Shown here one piece after another: positions 15,286-23,561 of a DNA stretch of 64,000 nucleotides. This DNA comes from Kiritimatiellia bacterium (GTDB lineage: Bacteria > Verrucomicrobiota > Kiritimatiellia > CAIKKV01). Position numbers and translations under genes: made by a program. The notes under the pieces were generated by a model. It did no database searches and had not been told where the DNA came from. It worked only from the letters and a program-made list of their open reading frames with translations. How positions within the stretch are numbered: position 1 is the stretch's first letter; every line of letters starts with the position of its first letter. Where the stretch lies: contig JBIIYJ010000002.1 in the NCBI GenBank assembly GCA_044346855.1, positions 1,089-65,088 of the forward strand, in the 5' to 3' direction.

Positions 15286-17216
15286 GCCGCACCCTTCCCA
15301 CCCAGGCCGTCATCCTCGCCGCGGGCCTCGCCACCCGGCTGCGCCCCCTCACCTGGCGGATGCCCAAGGCCTGCCTCCCGGTCTGGGGCCGCCCCGCCCT
15401 GCACCATGTGCTGAGCCTGCTGGAGTCGTGGGGCGTGCGGGAGGCGCTCATCAACCTGCACCACGAGCCGCTGACCGTCCTGGAAACGGCGCAGGCCTGG
15501 CCGGGGCGCCTCCGGCTGAACTTCTCCTTCGAGCCGCTCCAGCCCCTCGGCACCGGCGGCGCCCTCCGCAACGGCGCCTGGTTCCTGCGCGACCGCCCCT
15601 TCTGGCTGGTCAACGCCGACGTCATGGCCGACCTGGACCCCGCCCCGCTGCTCCGGGCCTTCCACGGCCCCGCCCGCCCCCTGGCGGCCCTCTGGATGGT
15701 GCCGGACGCCGGCCCGCGCACCGTGCTGCTGAAGGACGGGTTTGTTTCTGATTTCGCAACAACGACCCACGGCGCGCCGGGCACGGCCACCTTCAGCGGG
15801 CTGCACCTGGTCCGGCCCGACGTCCTGCGCCACCTGCCCGAGGAGCCCTTTTCAAGCATCATCACGGGCTACCGGCGGGCGCTGGCGGCCGGCTGCAGGA
15901 TCGCCGGCGTGGTCGTGCCGGACTCCTACTGGGAGGACATCGGCACCCTGCCGGAATACCTCGGCGCGCATGCGGCCATCGAGGCGGCCTGGAAATCGGG
16001 CGCCCGGGGCGGGCGGCTGTACGACCCGGCCGCGCCGGCCAAAGCCCGCGCCCTGCGCCGCAGCGGGGTGCATGTCGAGGGCTTCGTCTCGATCGCCGCC
16101 GGCGTCGAGGCGGGGCCAGGCGCCCGGCTGCGCAACTGCGTCCTGTGGCGCGCTGCCAGGATCGCCCCGGACGCCCGGGTCGAAAATGCCGTCGTGGCGG
16201 AAGGCGTGCGGGTCCACGGGGAGGTGACCGGCATGGCGGTCCGGGCGGACGTGCTGCCGGAGGCGGGCCCCTTTCTCGCGGCCCACGGCTGGCCGCCCGC
16301 CGAAACGGCGGCCCTGCCGCTGGGGCCGCGCGGCTCGGACCGCGCCTTTTTCCGCCTGCAGCACGCGGGGAAAAGCGCCATCCTGATCGAATACGGCCGC
16401 GAACGCCATGAGAACACGCTGTACGCGGGCCACACCCGCTTCCTGCTGGAAAACGGCATCCGCGTGCCGCACCTGCTCGGGCAGGATGCGCGCCGCCGCC
16501 TGCTCATCCTTGAGGATGCAGGCCGGCGCGACCTGCTCGCGGTCCTGGAGGGGGCCGACGAAGCGCGGCGGCTGGAGCTGTACCGGCCGGTGCTGGACCT
16601 GGCCGCGCGCCTCCACACGGACGGCACCCGCGCGGCCCGCGAGGCGAAGCTGCGCCTGGTGGCGGGCTTCTCCCCGAAGCTCTACCGCTGGGAGCGGCTC
16701 TACTTCGTCCACCACTTCCTGCAGAACCGGCTCAAGCTGTCGCCGCGGCTGACCACCCCGATCGCCGCCGATCTCCGCCGGCTGGCCGCCCGGCTCGAAC
16801 CCCTGCCGCGGGTGCTGATCCACCGCGACCTGCAGTCGACCAATGTCATCCTGACCCCGGCCGGCCCGCTCCTGATCGACTACCAGGGCATGCGCTACGG
16901 GGCGGCGGCCTACGACCTGGCTTCCCTGCTGGCGGATCCCTACGTGTCGCTGTCGCCCCGCGAACAGGCGCTCCTGCTGGAAGACTACCGGCAAAAGTCC
17001 GGAACCGACCTGCCCGACGAACTCTTCTGGACCGCCGCGGTCCAGCGGCTGGCCCAGGCCTTGGGAGCCTATGCGAAATTAGGGGCCAATCCAGGCACCG
17101 CGTCCTTTGCCCGCCATATCCCCCCCGCGCTCGCCATGATGAAACGGGCAGTCGGGCAGTTGAAGGGTAATCCGGTTCCCCACCTTTCCTCCCTGCTCGA
17201 TTCGCTCGTCAACTGA
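15282..17216 (+). CDS. Fusion protein: N-terminal sugar-1-phosphate nucleotidyltransferase (MurU-like) + C-terminal APH-type sugar kinase (AmgK-like)
   Basis: 644 aa, and its ATG overlaps the NamZ stop (ATGA at 15282-15285). The N-terminus AVILAAGLATRLRPLTWRMPKACLPV is an NTP-transferase G-loop. The C-terminus LIHRDLQSTNVIL...LIDYQGMRYGAAAYDLASLL is the APH/choline-kinase catalytic loop. Confidence 0.8.
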   Translation: MSRTLPTQAVILAAGLATRLRPLTWRMPKACLPVWGRPALHHVLSLLESWGVREALINLHHEPLTVLETAQAWPGRLRLNFSFEPLQPLGTGGALRNGAWFLRDRPFWLVNADVMADLDPAPLLRAFHGPARPLAALWMVPDAGPRTVLLKDGFVSDFATTTHGAPGTATFSGLHLVRPDVLRHLPEEPFSSIITGYRRALAAGCRIAGVVVPDSYWEDIGTLPEYLGAHAAIEAAWKSGARGGRLYDPAAPAKARALRRSGVHVEGFVSIAAGVEAGPGARLRNCVLWRAARIAPDARVENAVVAEGVRVHGEVTGMAVRADVLPEAGPFLAAHGWPPAETAALPLGPRGSDRAFFRLQHAGKSAILIEYGRERHENTLYAGHTRFLLENGIRVPHLLGQDARRRLLILEDAGRRDLLAVLEGADEARRLELYRPVLDLAARLHTDGTRAAREAKLRLVAGFSPKLYRWERLYFVHHFLQNRLKLSPRLTTPIAADLRRLAARLEPLPRVLIHRDLQSTNVILTPAGPLLIDYQGMRYGAAAYDLASLLADPYVSLSPREQALLLEDYRQKSGTDLPDELFWTAAVQRLAQALGAYAKLGANPGTASFARHIPPALAMMKRAVGQLKGNPVPHLSSLLDSLVN

Positions 17217-17228
17217 TGTAGCAACAGT

Positions 17229-17352
17229 CTTGTCGCCGCCCGCAGTCCGGCGCCTGCCCAGCGCGGGCTTCGCAAGCGAAGCCCCTACACAAGACGATTT
17301 TTTAGGCACGCTTAGCGGTTGTCCTGTAGGGGCGGTGCTTGTCGCCGCCCGC
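17229..17352. repeat. 15-nt exact direct repeat CTTGTCGCCGCCCGC (17229-17243 and 17338-17352) flanking a GGGCTTCGC/GCGAAGCCC hairpin
   Basis: Read directly. The hairpin is at 17265-17284. The region is gene-free, between convergent genes ending at 17216 and 17474. Confidence 0.7.
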
Positions 17353-17473
17353 CATGTGTGGCCATGCAGCGCCAACTTCCATCGCAGAGCCCCTTCAACC
17401 CCGGGGGAAAAGCGAGGCCGCCAAGATCTTGTTGCGACAACAAATATGTTCGAAATCGAGTATAAATCCGCGG

Positions 17474-18688
17474 CTACTCCCTGCCAATATTCGGCTCGAC
17501 CTGCAGGCAAACGTTGTAGACCGACGGGTTGGATCGGCTGGTCTCCCGGATTCTTTTTACGATCTCCGCTCTCCGGTGCAAAACGTCGCTGGCCTTGAGC
17601 GCGCACGATAACGCGGAACGCACGTCCACGCCGGTGATTTCAAAACCCCACCCTTCGCATATCCACCGCAGCGAAGCCAAGGCAATCTCCATCGCCGCCC
17701 CAGGATTCTCCGGCAACAGGGCTTCGGCAGCACGATTGAGCGTTCGAGGATCGCAATGGGCTGCCTGAGCCAACTGAACGGCAAGATCCACCAGTCCGAG
17801 CTGCCTTGCGGAAGCGAACCATTTGCCGGCATTATCGGAGCTGGCGGCAATCAGGTCAGACAGAATGGTTTCCGGCCGCTTCTCCGGGTACTTGTCCGCA
17901 ATGGCGTGAAACGTTGCGAGGGCGGTTTGTCTCCGGTTGGCGGAATGGGCAAAACGTCGATACGCCTCTTCTCGTTTCCCTTGGGCAAGCAGCAACGCCT
18001 CGCATTCCACCTCGATGGCCGCCCAGCCGTCGTATGGATTTCGGGACTCTTCGGCGTATGCCAGCGCCTCGTCGTACCGTCCCATGGCCGCCAGCGCCTT
18101 CATGCCGAATTCACGATAATGCCAGAGTTTCGAAGGGGCTTGGTTCACCAGATCGAGCACCTCCTGGTTCCGGCGAAGGCTCAACAGGCAGGAAAAAACC
18201 GCGCTTGTGCCCCTGAAGTATCCCCCCGCACTCCCGCGAGACCAGTTTTCCATCATACACGGCCGCAACTCATCCACCCATTTCCGCCTCTCCTCGTCGG
18301 TCGAGCATAGTTCGCCCCACCGATCCGCGACCTCCACCGTGTAATCCACGCCGTCGTCCTGAAATGCCGTCCATAATCGGGCCAGCCACTTCTTCCGGAT
18401 CTTCGCGTCCACCGAGGCCCGAATGGGATATTCCAGCGCCTCATGGACCGCGTGATTCACGGCCGCCCCCAGTGAACCGGAGGAGGTGTCGATGCTCTGA
18501 AACGCCGGCCAAATCTTTTCGATCAACCCGATTGCGCCTTCCGCGGCCAACGCGGGATCCTTGCGCACGACCTTCCGCATCTCCGACAGCGCTTCCTTCA
18601 GACGCTTCGCCGCAAGCCGGGACCCGCGCCAGCCGAAGGCTTTCGCCCGGAACCGGTTCGAAAACTGCCACTTATACTTTTCCGTCAT
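17474..18688 (-). CDS. Hypothetical all-helical (TPR/HEAT-like) cytoplasmic protein
   Basis: 404 aa with non-shadow composition (K/E/W-rich, lower GC than neighbours). MGRYDEALAYAEES and LLLAQGKREEAYRRF look TPR-like. No family recognised. Confidence 0.65.
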   Translation of the reverse strand: MTEKYKWQFSNRFRAKAFGWRGSRLAAKRLKEALSEMRKVVRKDPALAAEGAIGLIEKIWPAFQSIDTSSGSLGAAVNHAVHEALEYPIRASVDAKIRKKWLARLWTAFQDDGVDYTVEVADRWGELCSTDEERRKWVDELRPCMMENWSRGSAGGYFRGTSAVFSCLLSLRRNQEVLDLVNQAPSKLWHYREFGMKALAAMGRYDEALAYAEESRNPYDGWAAIEVECEALLLAQGKREEAYRRFAHSANRRQTALATFHAIADKYPEKRPETILSDLIAASSDNAGKWFASARQLGLVDLAVQLAQAAHCDPRTLNRAAEALLPENPGAAMEIALASLRWICEGWGFEITGVDVRSALSCALKASDVLHRRAEIVKRIRETSRSNPSVYNVCLQVEPNIGRE

Positions 18689-18815
18689 AACCGCCCCGCC
18701 TTTAGCAATGGGGGCATGATAACGCGCAGAAGAGAAAATGGCAAAGCCGCAAGCAGATCCGTGTTTGGCTTAAATCATCTTGTTTAGTCGTTCCATTCGA
18801 GGTATGCTAATAACC

Positions 18816-19130
18816 ATGAGAATGCTTTCATACATGATGGTGGCAGGCTGCCTTTTGCTGGGGGGGTGCCGCGAGGCGACCCCGCCTTCCCCGGCGGACA
18901 AGCCCATCGAAAAACCGACTGCCGCTCCCGTGAAGCCGGCCGCCTCCCTGAAGCCGGCCACCCCGGTCAAACCAGCCGCCGCGGCCGAGAAGCCGGCCAC
19001 CCTGGGCAGCGCCGTGGCCGATGTCATCACCCAGCGGGACAAGATTGAAGCGGGCAAGCGGGCCAAGGCCGTGATCGAGGCGACCGCCGCCAAGGAAAAC
19101 AAGGACCTGGAAGACGCTCTCCAGCAATAA
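18816..19130 (+). CDS. Small lipoprotein with Pro/Ala/Lys-rich linker
   Basis: MRMLSYMMVAGCLLLGGCREATPP carries a lipobox LLGGC. The start was chosen at 18816, with GAGG 12 nt upstream; the track ORF starts at 18780. Confidence 0.6.
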   Translation: MRMLSYMMVAGCLLLGGCREATPPSPADKPIEKPTAAPVKPAASLKPATPVKPAAAAEKPATLGSAVADVITQRDKIEAGKRAKAVIEATAAKENKDLEDALQQ

Positions 19131-19142
19131 GGCGGCACTGGC

Positions 19143-19835
19143 ATGGCTGACATCACACTATCCTGCGAAGCGTGCGGCGCCACGCTCACGATCTCCGAGT
19201 ATGCCCAGCCGGACAACCTGGCCTGCCCCAAGTGCGCCAAGCCCCTGATCATGCCGGGCGCGAAAACGGAATCGAGCGACCGCCTCCTGCCCGCCTCGGT
19301 GCGAAAAGCGAAGGCCGACGCGCAAGCCATCAAGGAGGCGCGGGGCGAGCAGCCCGAAGTCGTCCTCACCGACATCTCCAAGAACATCCACCGGAATGTG
19401 AAGCGGCGGTCCCGCAGCGAACTGGTCGTGCCGACCATCAAGGCCCTGCTGCTGTTTTTCGTGCTGGCAGGCGCCCTGGCCTACCTCCGGTTTTTCGACG
19501 GCTACCGGCTTTTCCTGCCGGCAGAGCAATTCGACTCGGTCCGCTTCGGCGGATTCCTCGCGATCCTCTTCTTCCACGTCGTCGTGGTCGTCGAGGCGCT
19601 GACCTACGACTTCCTCACCGGCCTGTTCTGCCTGCTGGTCCCGGGTTACTCACTCTATTACCTGTTCACGACCAGCGATTCGTTCTGGCTCCGCTCCATC
19701 ATGCTGTCGCTCGTGATCGTGTTCGGCCGCGATTTCGTCTTCTACAGCCACGATTACGCCATGGGCTTCTACAACTACGTCAACGTCTGGCTCGAAGCCG
19801 GCGCCACCCCGGAACCCACTACCCGGCTGAAGTAG
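19143..19835 (+). CDS. Zinc-ribbon (CxxC...CxxC) membrane protein, hypothetical
   Basis: 230 aa. The N-terminus is LSCEACGATLTISEYAQPDNLACPKCAKPL. The C-terminal half has 4 or more hydrophobic helices (LLLFFVLAGALAYL, FLAILFFHVVVVV, LFCLLVPGYSLYYL, IMLSLVIVFG). Confidence 0.7.
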   Translation: MADITLSCEACGATLTISEYAQPDNLACPKCAKPLIMPGAKTESSDRLLPASVRKAKADAQAIKEARGEQPEVVLTDISKNIHRNVKRRSRSELVVPTIKALLLFFVLAGALAYLRFFDGYRLFLPAEQFDSVRFGGFLAILFFHVVVVVEALTYDFLTGLFCLLVPGYSLYYLFTTSDSFWLRSIMLSLVIVFGRDFVFYSHDYAMGFYNYVNVWLEAGATPEPTTRLK

Positions 19836-19869
19836 AATAGCGAATAGCTAATAGCTGATAGCGAATACG
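19835..19869. repeat. 5 x 7-nt tandem array GAATAGC GAATAGC TAATAGC TGATAGC GAATACG
   Basis: Read directly. The array overlaps the last base of the TAG stop (19833-19835) of the zinc-ribbon membrane protein gene. Confidence 0.8.
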
Positions 19870-19990
19870 GTCCCCCGCCGTGAGCGCATGACGAGCGCAC
19901 GTCCGCGCGAAGCAGGTGGCCCGGGCGCTCCGCGCACGGGAAGCTTTCCGTCGACAATGCGGCACGTTTCCGGCGCGGAAGAGAAGCTTA

Positions 19991-20268
19991 CCACGGTGGA
20001 ACACGGCGAACGGCCGACACGGTGGAACACGGTTCAGAGCCCTGTAGTAGACGAAGCGTCACTCCAGGGTGTTAACCGCACGCCCGGAGGAAGAAAGAAT
20101 CGGGGGTGTGGGGCTTGCCCTGTAGTGACGCCGCGTCTACTACAGGGCTTCCCCACAAAGAACGAACTCTTTTATGCAGCTTTGCATCGCGATTATGCCC
20201 CCAAGGGAACAACTCGCTGATGTTGGAACCGTGTCTTCCGTTCGCCGTGTTCCACCGTGGAAAGTCTT
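19991..20268. repeat. Nested inverted-repeat element (A...B...B'...A')
   Basis: A is CCACGGTGGAACACGGCGAACGG (19991-20013). A' is its reverse complement within 20238-20268. B is CCCTGTAGTAGACGAAGCGTCACTCCAGGG (20040-20069). B' (20118-20147) is a near reverse complement of B. All lie in a 635-bp gene-free gap. Confidence 0.75.
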
Positions 20269-20470
20269 CTCTGGAGGCCGGCAGGGGGCTGCCACGCAAA
20301 GTCGCCTACGGCCGGGGACGGCCGACTCCATGCCGAACTGGAGCCTATCGCAAAAATTGGCGAACGGCTGCCAGGCCGCTCATGAAACAGCTGGTATGAA
20401 ATGCGTGTAAGGAGCAGGGGCCGCCCCTCAAAGAACACTCCGCGCCCTCGGCGTTGGATGTTGGCGGCGG

Positions 20471-21121
20471 TTACGGACGTAATGTCCGGCCGGCCCAGGC
20501 GCGCTCGATCCACTCGACAATCCGCCGGCCGACCTCGAGCTTGCCCATGAGGGGCAGCCGCTCCACGCCTTGTTCCGAAACAAGGGACACCACGTTCGTC
20601 TCCACGTCGAACCCCGCGCCGGGCGCCGTGACGTCGTTCACCACCACCAGGTCGCAATGCTTCTTGCGCCGCTTCCGCGCCGCCTCCGCTTCGAAATCCC
20701 CGCCCGTCTCCGCGGCGAACCCCACGAAAACCCGGCCGCCCTTATGCGCCGAGGCGCCCGCCAGGATGTCGGGCGTCTTCACCAGCCGCAGCACCGGGGT
20801 TGTCCCCATTTTCTTAAGCTTCACCGGGTTCACCGCCGCCGGCCGCCAGTCCGCCACGGCCGCGCACATCACCAGCGCCTCGCACCAGCCCAGGTGCTCC
20901 TGCACCGCGTCCCGCATCTCCGCGGCCGACACCACGGGCGCCAGCCGCACGCCCGCGGGCGCCGGGATCGCCACCGGCCCCGAGACGAGCACCACCTCGT
21001 GCCCCCGCTCCACCGCGGCCGCCGCCACCGCGTAGCCCATGCGGCCCGAGGACCGGTTGCTGATGTAGCGGACCGGATCGATCGCCTCGCGGGTCGGCCC
21101 GGCCGTGACCAGGATTTTCAT
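20471..21121 (-). CDS. coaB: Phosphopantothenate-cysteine ligase (CoaB domain only)
   Basis: 216 aa. MKILVTAGPTREAIDPVRYISNRSSGRMG and CAAVADWRP are hallmarks of the DFP/CoaB domain. No flavoprotein CoaC domain is fused. Confidence 0.85.
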   Translation of the reverse strand: MKILVTAGPTREAIDPVRYISNRSSGRMGYAVAAAAVERGHEVVLVSGPVAIPAPAGVRLAPVVSAAEMRDAVQEHLGWCEALVMCAAVADWRPAAVNPVKLKKMGTTPVLRLVKTPDILAGASAHKGGRVFVGFAAETGGDFEAEAARKRRKKHCDLVVVNDVTAPGAGFDVETNVVSLVSEQGVERLPLMGKLEVGRRIVEWIERAWAGRTLRP

Positions 21122-21133
21122 GCCGCCGCCCTC

Positions 21134-22042
21134 CTAGTGCTTCTGGCGAAGGGTGTATTCCTCGTCGTGCGTCCGGATCTTCTCCAGCACGGCGGGCCCG
21201 GCCTCGCGGTAAATCGCCTGGATCGTCTCGTCGCGGAACTCGTACGTCCGGTCCTCGAAGGCCGTCGTCCCGATCCGGTTGAACAGCCGCTGCCGCGCCT
21301 GCTCCAGGTCCTTGCCGTAGATGTGAAAGGAGTCCGCCTGCCAGTTCAGCCGGCCCATGCGGATGTTCCGGCTGGTCCGCCGCGTGAGCTCGGGAATGAT
21401 GATCTCCCGGTTGAACAGCGTGAACCCGAACATGTTCATGAAATTGGCGCCCCAGGCGTCGTTGCTGCGGAAGCGGATGTTGCAGTTCAGCCACCACTCG
21501 CCCGTCTTCTCGTCCTCCAGGATCCGGTACCAGACCGACTGCAGGCAGGGCGGGTCGTAGCAGTCCAGGTCGATGTTGGGCATCCAGGTGATCATCTGGG
21601 CCTGGCGCGTAAAGGGCTGCTTCGCCAGCTTGGCCAGCACGCCCTCGATCTGGTCGATGGAAAAGGCGCCCGTCTCGACCGAGTGGCCCTCCTTGAGCTC
21701 GCGCCACGCGCCGTAGGCCGCCAGGCGGCCGTGGTAGGTGTATTCCCAGCGCGTGTCCGCCGCGTCGTTCATGTTCTTGACCCAGTGGTCCTTGACCCCC
21801 TGCACCTCCATCACGTATTCGCGCAGGTCCTCGATGCCGCCGGGGAACGCCCGGTGGATCATGGGCTCGGACAGCGGGTCCTCGATCGTCAGGTTCATCG
21901 TGCAGTCGAGGCTCGCGGGATCGCCCGGCTTGTCGTACTGGGTCTTGATCCGGATGCCCTTCTCGTGGAGCGCGACCAGGGCGCGTTCATAGGTTTCGGC
22001 GAGGCCGCGGCCGGTGACGGAGAGCACGGGAATGTTGGGCAT
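21134..22042 (-). CDS. Thymidylate synthase family protein, archaeal/methanogen-like subtype
   Basis: Start taken at MPNIPVLSV (residue 93 of the track ORF; the upstream part is Arg/Gly shadow-like). KTQYDKPGDPASLDCTMNLTIEDPLSEPMIH, DQIEGVLAKLAKQPFTRQA, PPCLQSVWYRI and IRFRSNDAWGANFMNMFGF align with the ThyA-fold catalytic Cys and RSxD motifs. Confidence 0.8.
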   Translation of the reverse strand: MPNIPVLSVTGRGLAETYERALVALHEKGIRIKTQYDKPGDPASLDCTMNLTIEDPLSEPMIHRAFPGGIEDLREYVMEVQGVKDHWVKNMNDAADTRWEYTYHGRLAAYGAWRELKEGHSVETGAFSIDQIEGVLAKLAKQPFTRQAQMITWMPNIDLDCYDPPCLQSVWYRILEDEKTGEWWLNCNIRFRSNDAWGANFMNMFGFTLFNREIIIPELTRRTSRNIRMGRLNWQADSFHIYGKDLEQARQRLFNRIGTTAFEDRTYEFRDETIQAIYREAGPAVLEKIRTHDEEYTLRQKH

Positions 22043-22059
22043 GGTCAGCTCCTTGCGGG

Positions 22060-22800
22060 TCAGGTCATGTAATGGATCCGGTGCGCATTCGCGCGGAGCT
22101 GCTCCGCGTTGTGCGCGTCGCCGCCGTCCACGTTGGCGCTGATGAACACGGGCGGGGTGAAGCCCGCCGCGGCCAGCCGCGCCACCACCTCGGCCGTCAG
22201 CGCGTTGACGATCGCGATGCCGGTCAGGGAACTCAGGGGCCCCACCTTCTGCGGGAACCCGGGGACGGCCACGGCCGCATCGCCGTACGGCGCCCCGTTG
22301 TCGATCACCACGTCGCACAGGTCGGCCAGCTTCTTGCCGGAGGCGTGCCGGCTCTCCACGCCCCGGGTGTAGGCCAGGGCCGTGATCGCGATCGTCCGCA
22401 GCCCCTTCTCCCGGGCCGCCAGCGCCATGTCGATCACCACCGCGTTGCGCCCCGAGGTCGAGGCGATGATCAGCACGTCGCCCGCCTTCGCCGGCGAGCC
22501 GGCCAGCAGCTCCGCCCCCAATCCGGGAACGCGCTCGAACTTCGAGGTCTGCGTCATGGGGCGCACCGAGAAGTTCATGCCGTGGGGGTAGATCGGGTTG
22601 ACCAGCATCAGCCCGCCCGTGCGGTACACCAGCTCCTCCGTGAGGATGAACGAGTGGGTGGCCCCGAAGGAAAACAGGCTCCGGTCGCCGCGGATCGCCT
22701 CGACGAGCAGCGAAGCCGCCCGGGCCAGCGGCTCCTTCTGCGTGGCCGCCACGCGCTCCAGCGCGGCCGCCGCCTCCTTGAAATAGGCATCCGCCGACAT
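22060..22800 (-). CDS. SIS (sugar isomerase) domain protein, paralogue 1
   Basis: 246 aa. FSFGATHSFILTEE and GDVLIIASTSGRNAVVIDMALAAREKGLRTIAITA are typical of single-SIS (UPF0309-like) proteins. Confidence 0.8.
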   Translation of the reverse strand: MSADAYFKEAAAALERVAATQKEPLARAASLLVEAIRGDRSLFSFGATHSFILTEELVYRTGGLMLVNPIYPHGMNFSVRPMTQTSKFERVPGLGAELLAGSPAKAGDVLIIASTSGRNAVVIDMALAAREKGLRTIAITALAYTRGVESRHASGKKLADLCDVVIDNGAPYGDAAVAVPGFPQKVGPLSSLTGIAIVNALTAEVVARLAAAGFTPPVFISANVDGGDAHNAEQLRANAHRIHYMT

Positions 22801-22817
22801 CGCAGCCCCCTTCCCGG

Positions 22818-23561
22818 CTAGTAGCCGAGCTTGTTGTACCGTTCCTTGTTCCGGTCGTAGACGGCCTGGCCGTCCGGCCGGTTGACGCTCATGAAGACGG
22901 AGGCGGGCGTGCCGCGCGCCGCCATCAGCTCAAGCGCCCGCCCCCAGATCAGCCAGCCGCCGACCGTCATCGAAACGCCCGACAGCGGCATCAGCGCGAA
23001 CTCGTACCCGGGGATCATCACCGCGGCGTCCCCGTAGGGCGCGCCGTTGTCCACCACCACGTCCGCCACGTCGGCCAGCTTCTTTCCCGAGGGGTGCGCC
23101 GAGGTCACCTTGGCCGTGTAGGCCAGCGAGGTAAACCCGATGACCTTGATGCCGCGCTCGCGGCAGGCCAGGGCCAGCTCGACCGGCCGGATGTTGCGGC
23201 CGGAAACGGAGCCCACGGCCAGCACGTCCCCCGCGCGCAGGTTGCCCGCCTTCACCGCCAGGCGGATGGTTTCAATCTCGCGGTCGAGCGGCTCGGGCCG
23301 GGGCCGGTTCTTCAGGCAGTCGGGAACCGGGTCCTGGACCGAGAAGGAAAACGTGAACGGCTGCAGGAAGGCCGGCCCGCCCGCCCGGTTGAGGAAGTCG
23401 TGCTCGTTGCTGTGGCCGATGGCGGCGAGATGCACGGTGCCGCCGTTCAGCACGCTGTCGGCCACCAGGGCGGCCGCCCGCTCCACCGCGCCGGATTGGT
23501 TTTTCTCGTAAAAGTCCAGGATGCCCCGGACCGCTTTCAGGTAATCCATCGATGCCGTCAT
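22818..23561 (-). CDS. SIS (sugar isomerase) domain protein, paralogue 2
   Basis: 247 aa. HLAAIGHSNEHDF and GDVLAVGSVSGRNIRPVELALACRERGIKVIGFTS are present. It is clearly paralogous to 22060..22800 (shared ...SGKKLADL/V.DVV.DNGAPYGDAAV...). Confidence 0.8.
   Translation of the reverse strand: MTASMDYLKAVRGILDFYEKNQSGAVERAAALVADSVLNGGTVHLAAIGHSNEHDFLNRAGGPAFLQPFTFSFSVQDPVPDCLKNRPRPEPLDREIETIRLAVKAGNLRAGDVLAVGSVSGRNIRPVELALACRERGIKVIGFTSLAYTAKVTSAHPSGKKLADVADVVVDNGAPYGDAAVMIPGYEFALMPLSGVSMTVGGWLIWGRALELMAARGTPASVFMSVNRPDGQAVYDRNKERYNKLGY

Noticed and set aside
20570-22072. 500-aa plus-strand ORF, plus 20814..21707 on the minus strand
   Set aside because: They overlap CoaB and the ThyA-like gene in wrong frames or on the wrong strand. 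Composition is Arg/His/Pro-rich shadow-type.
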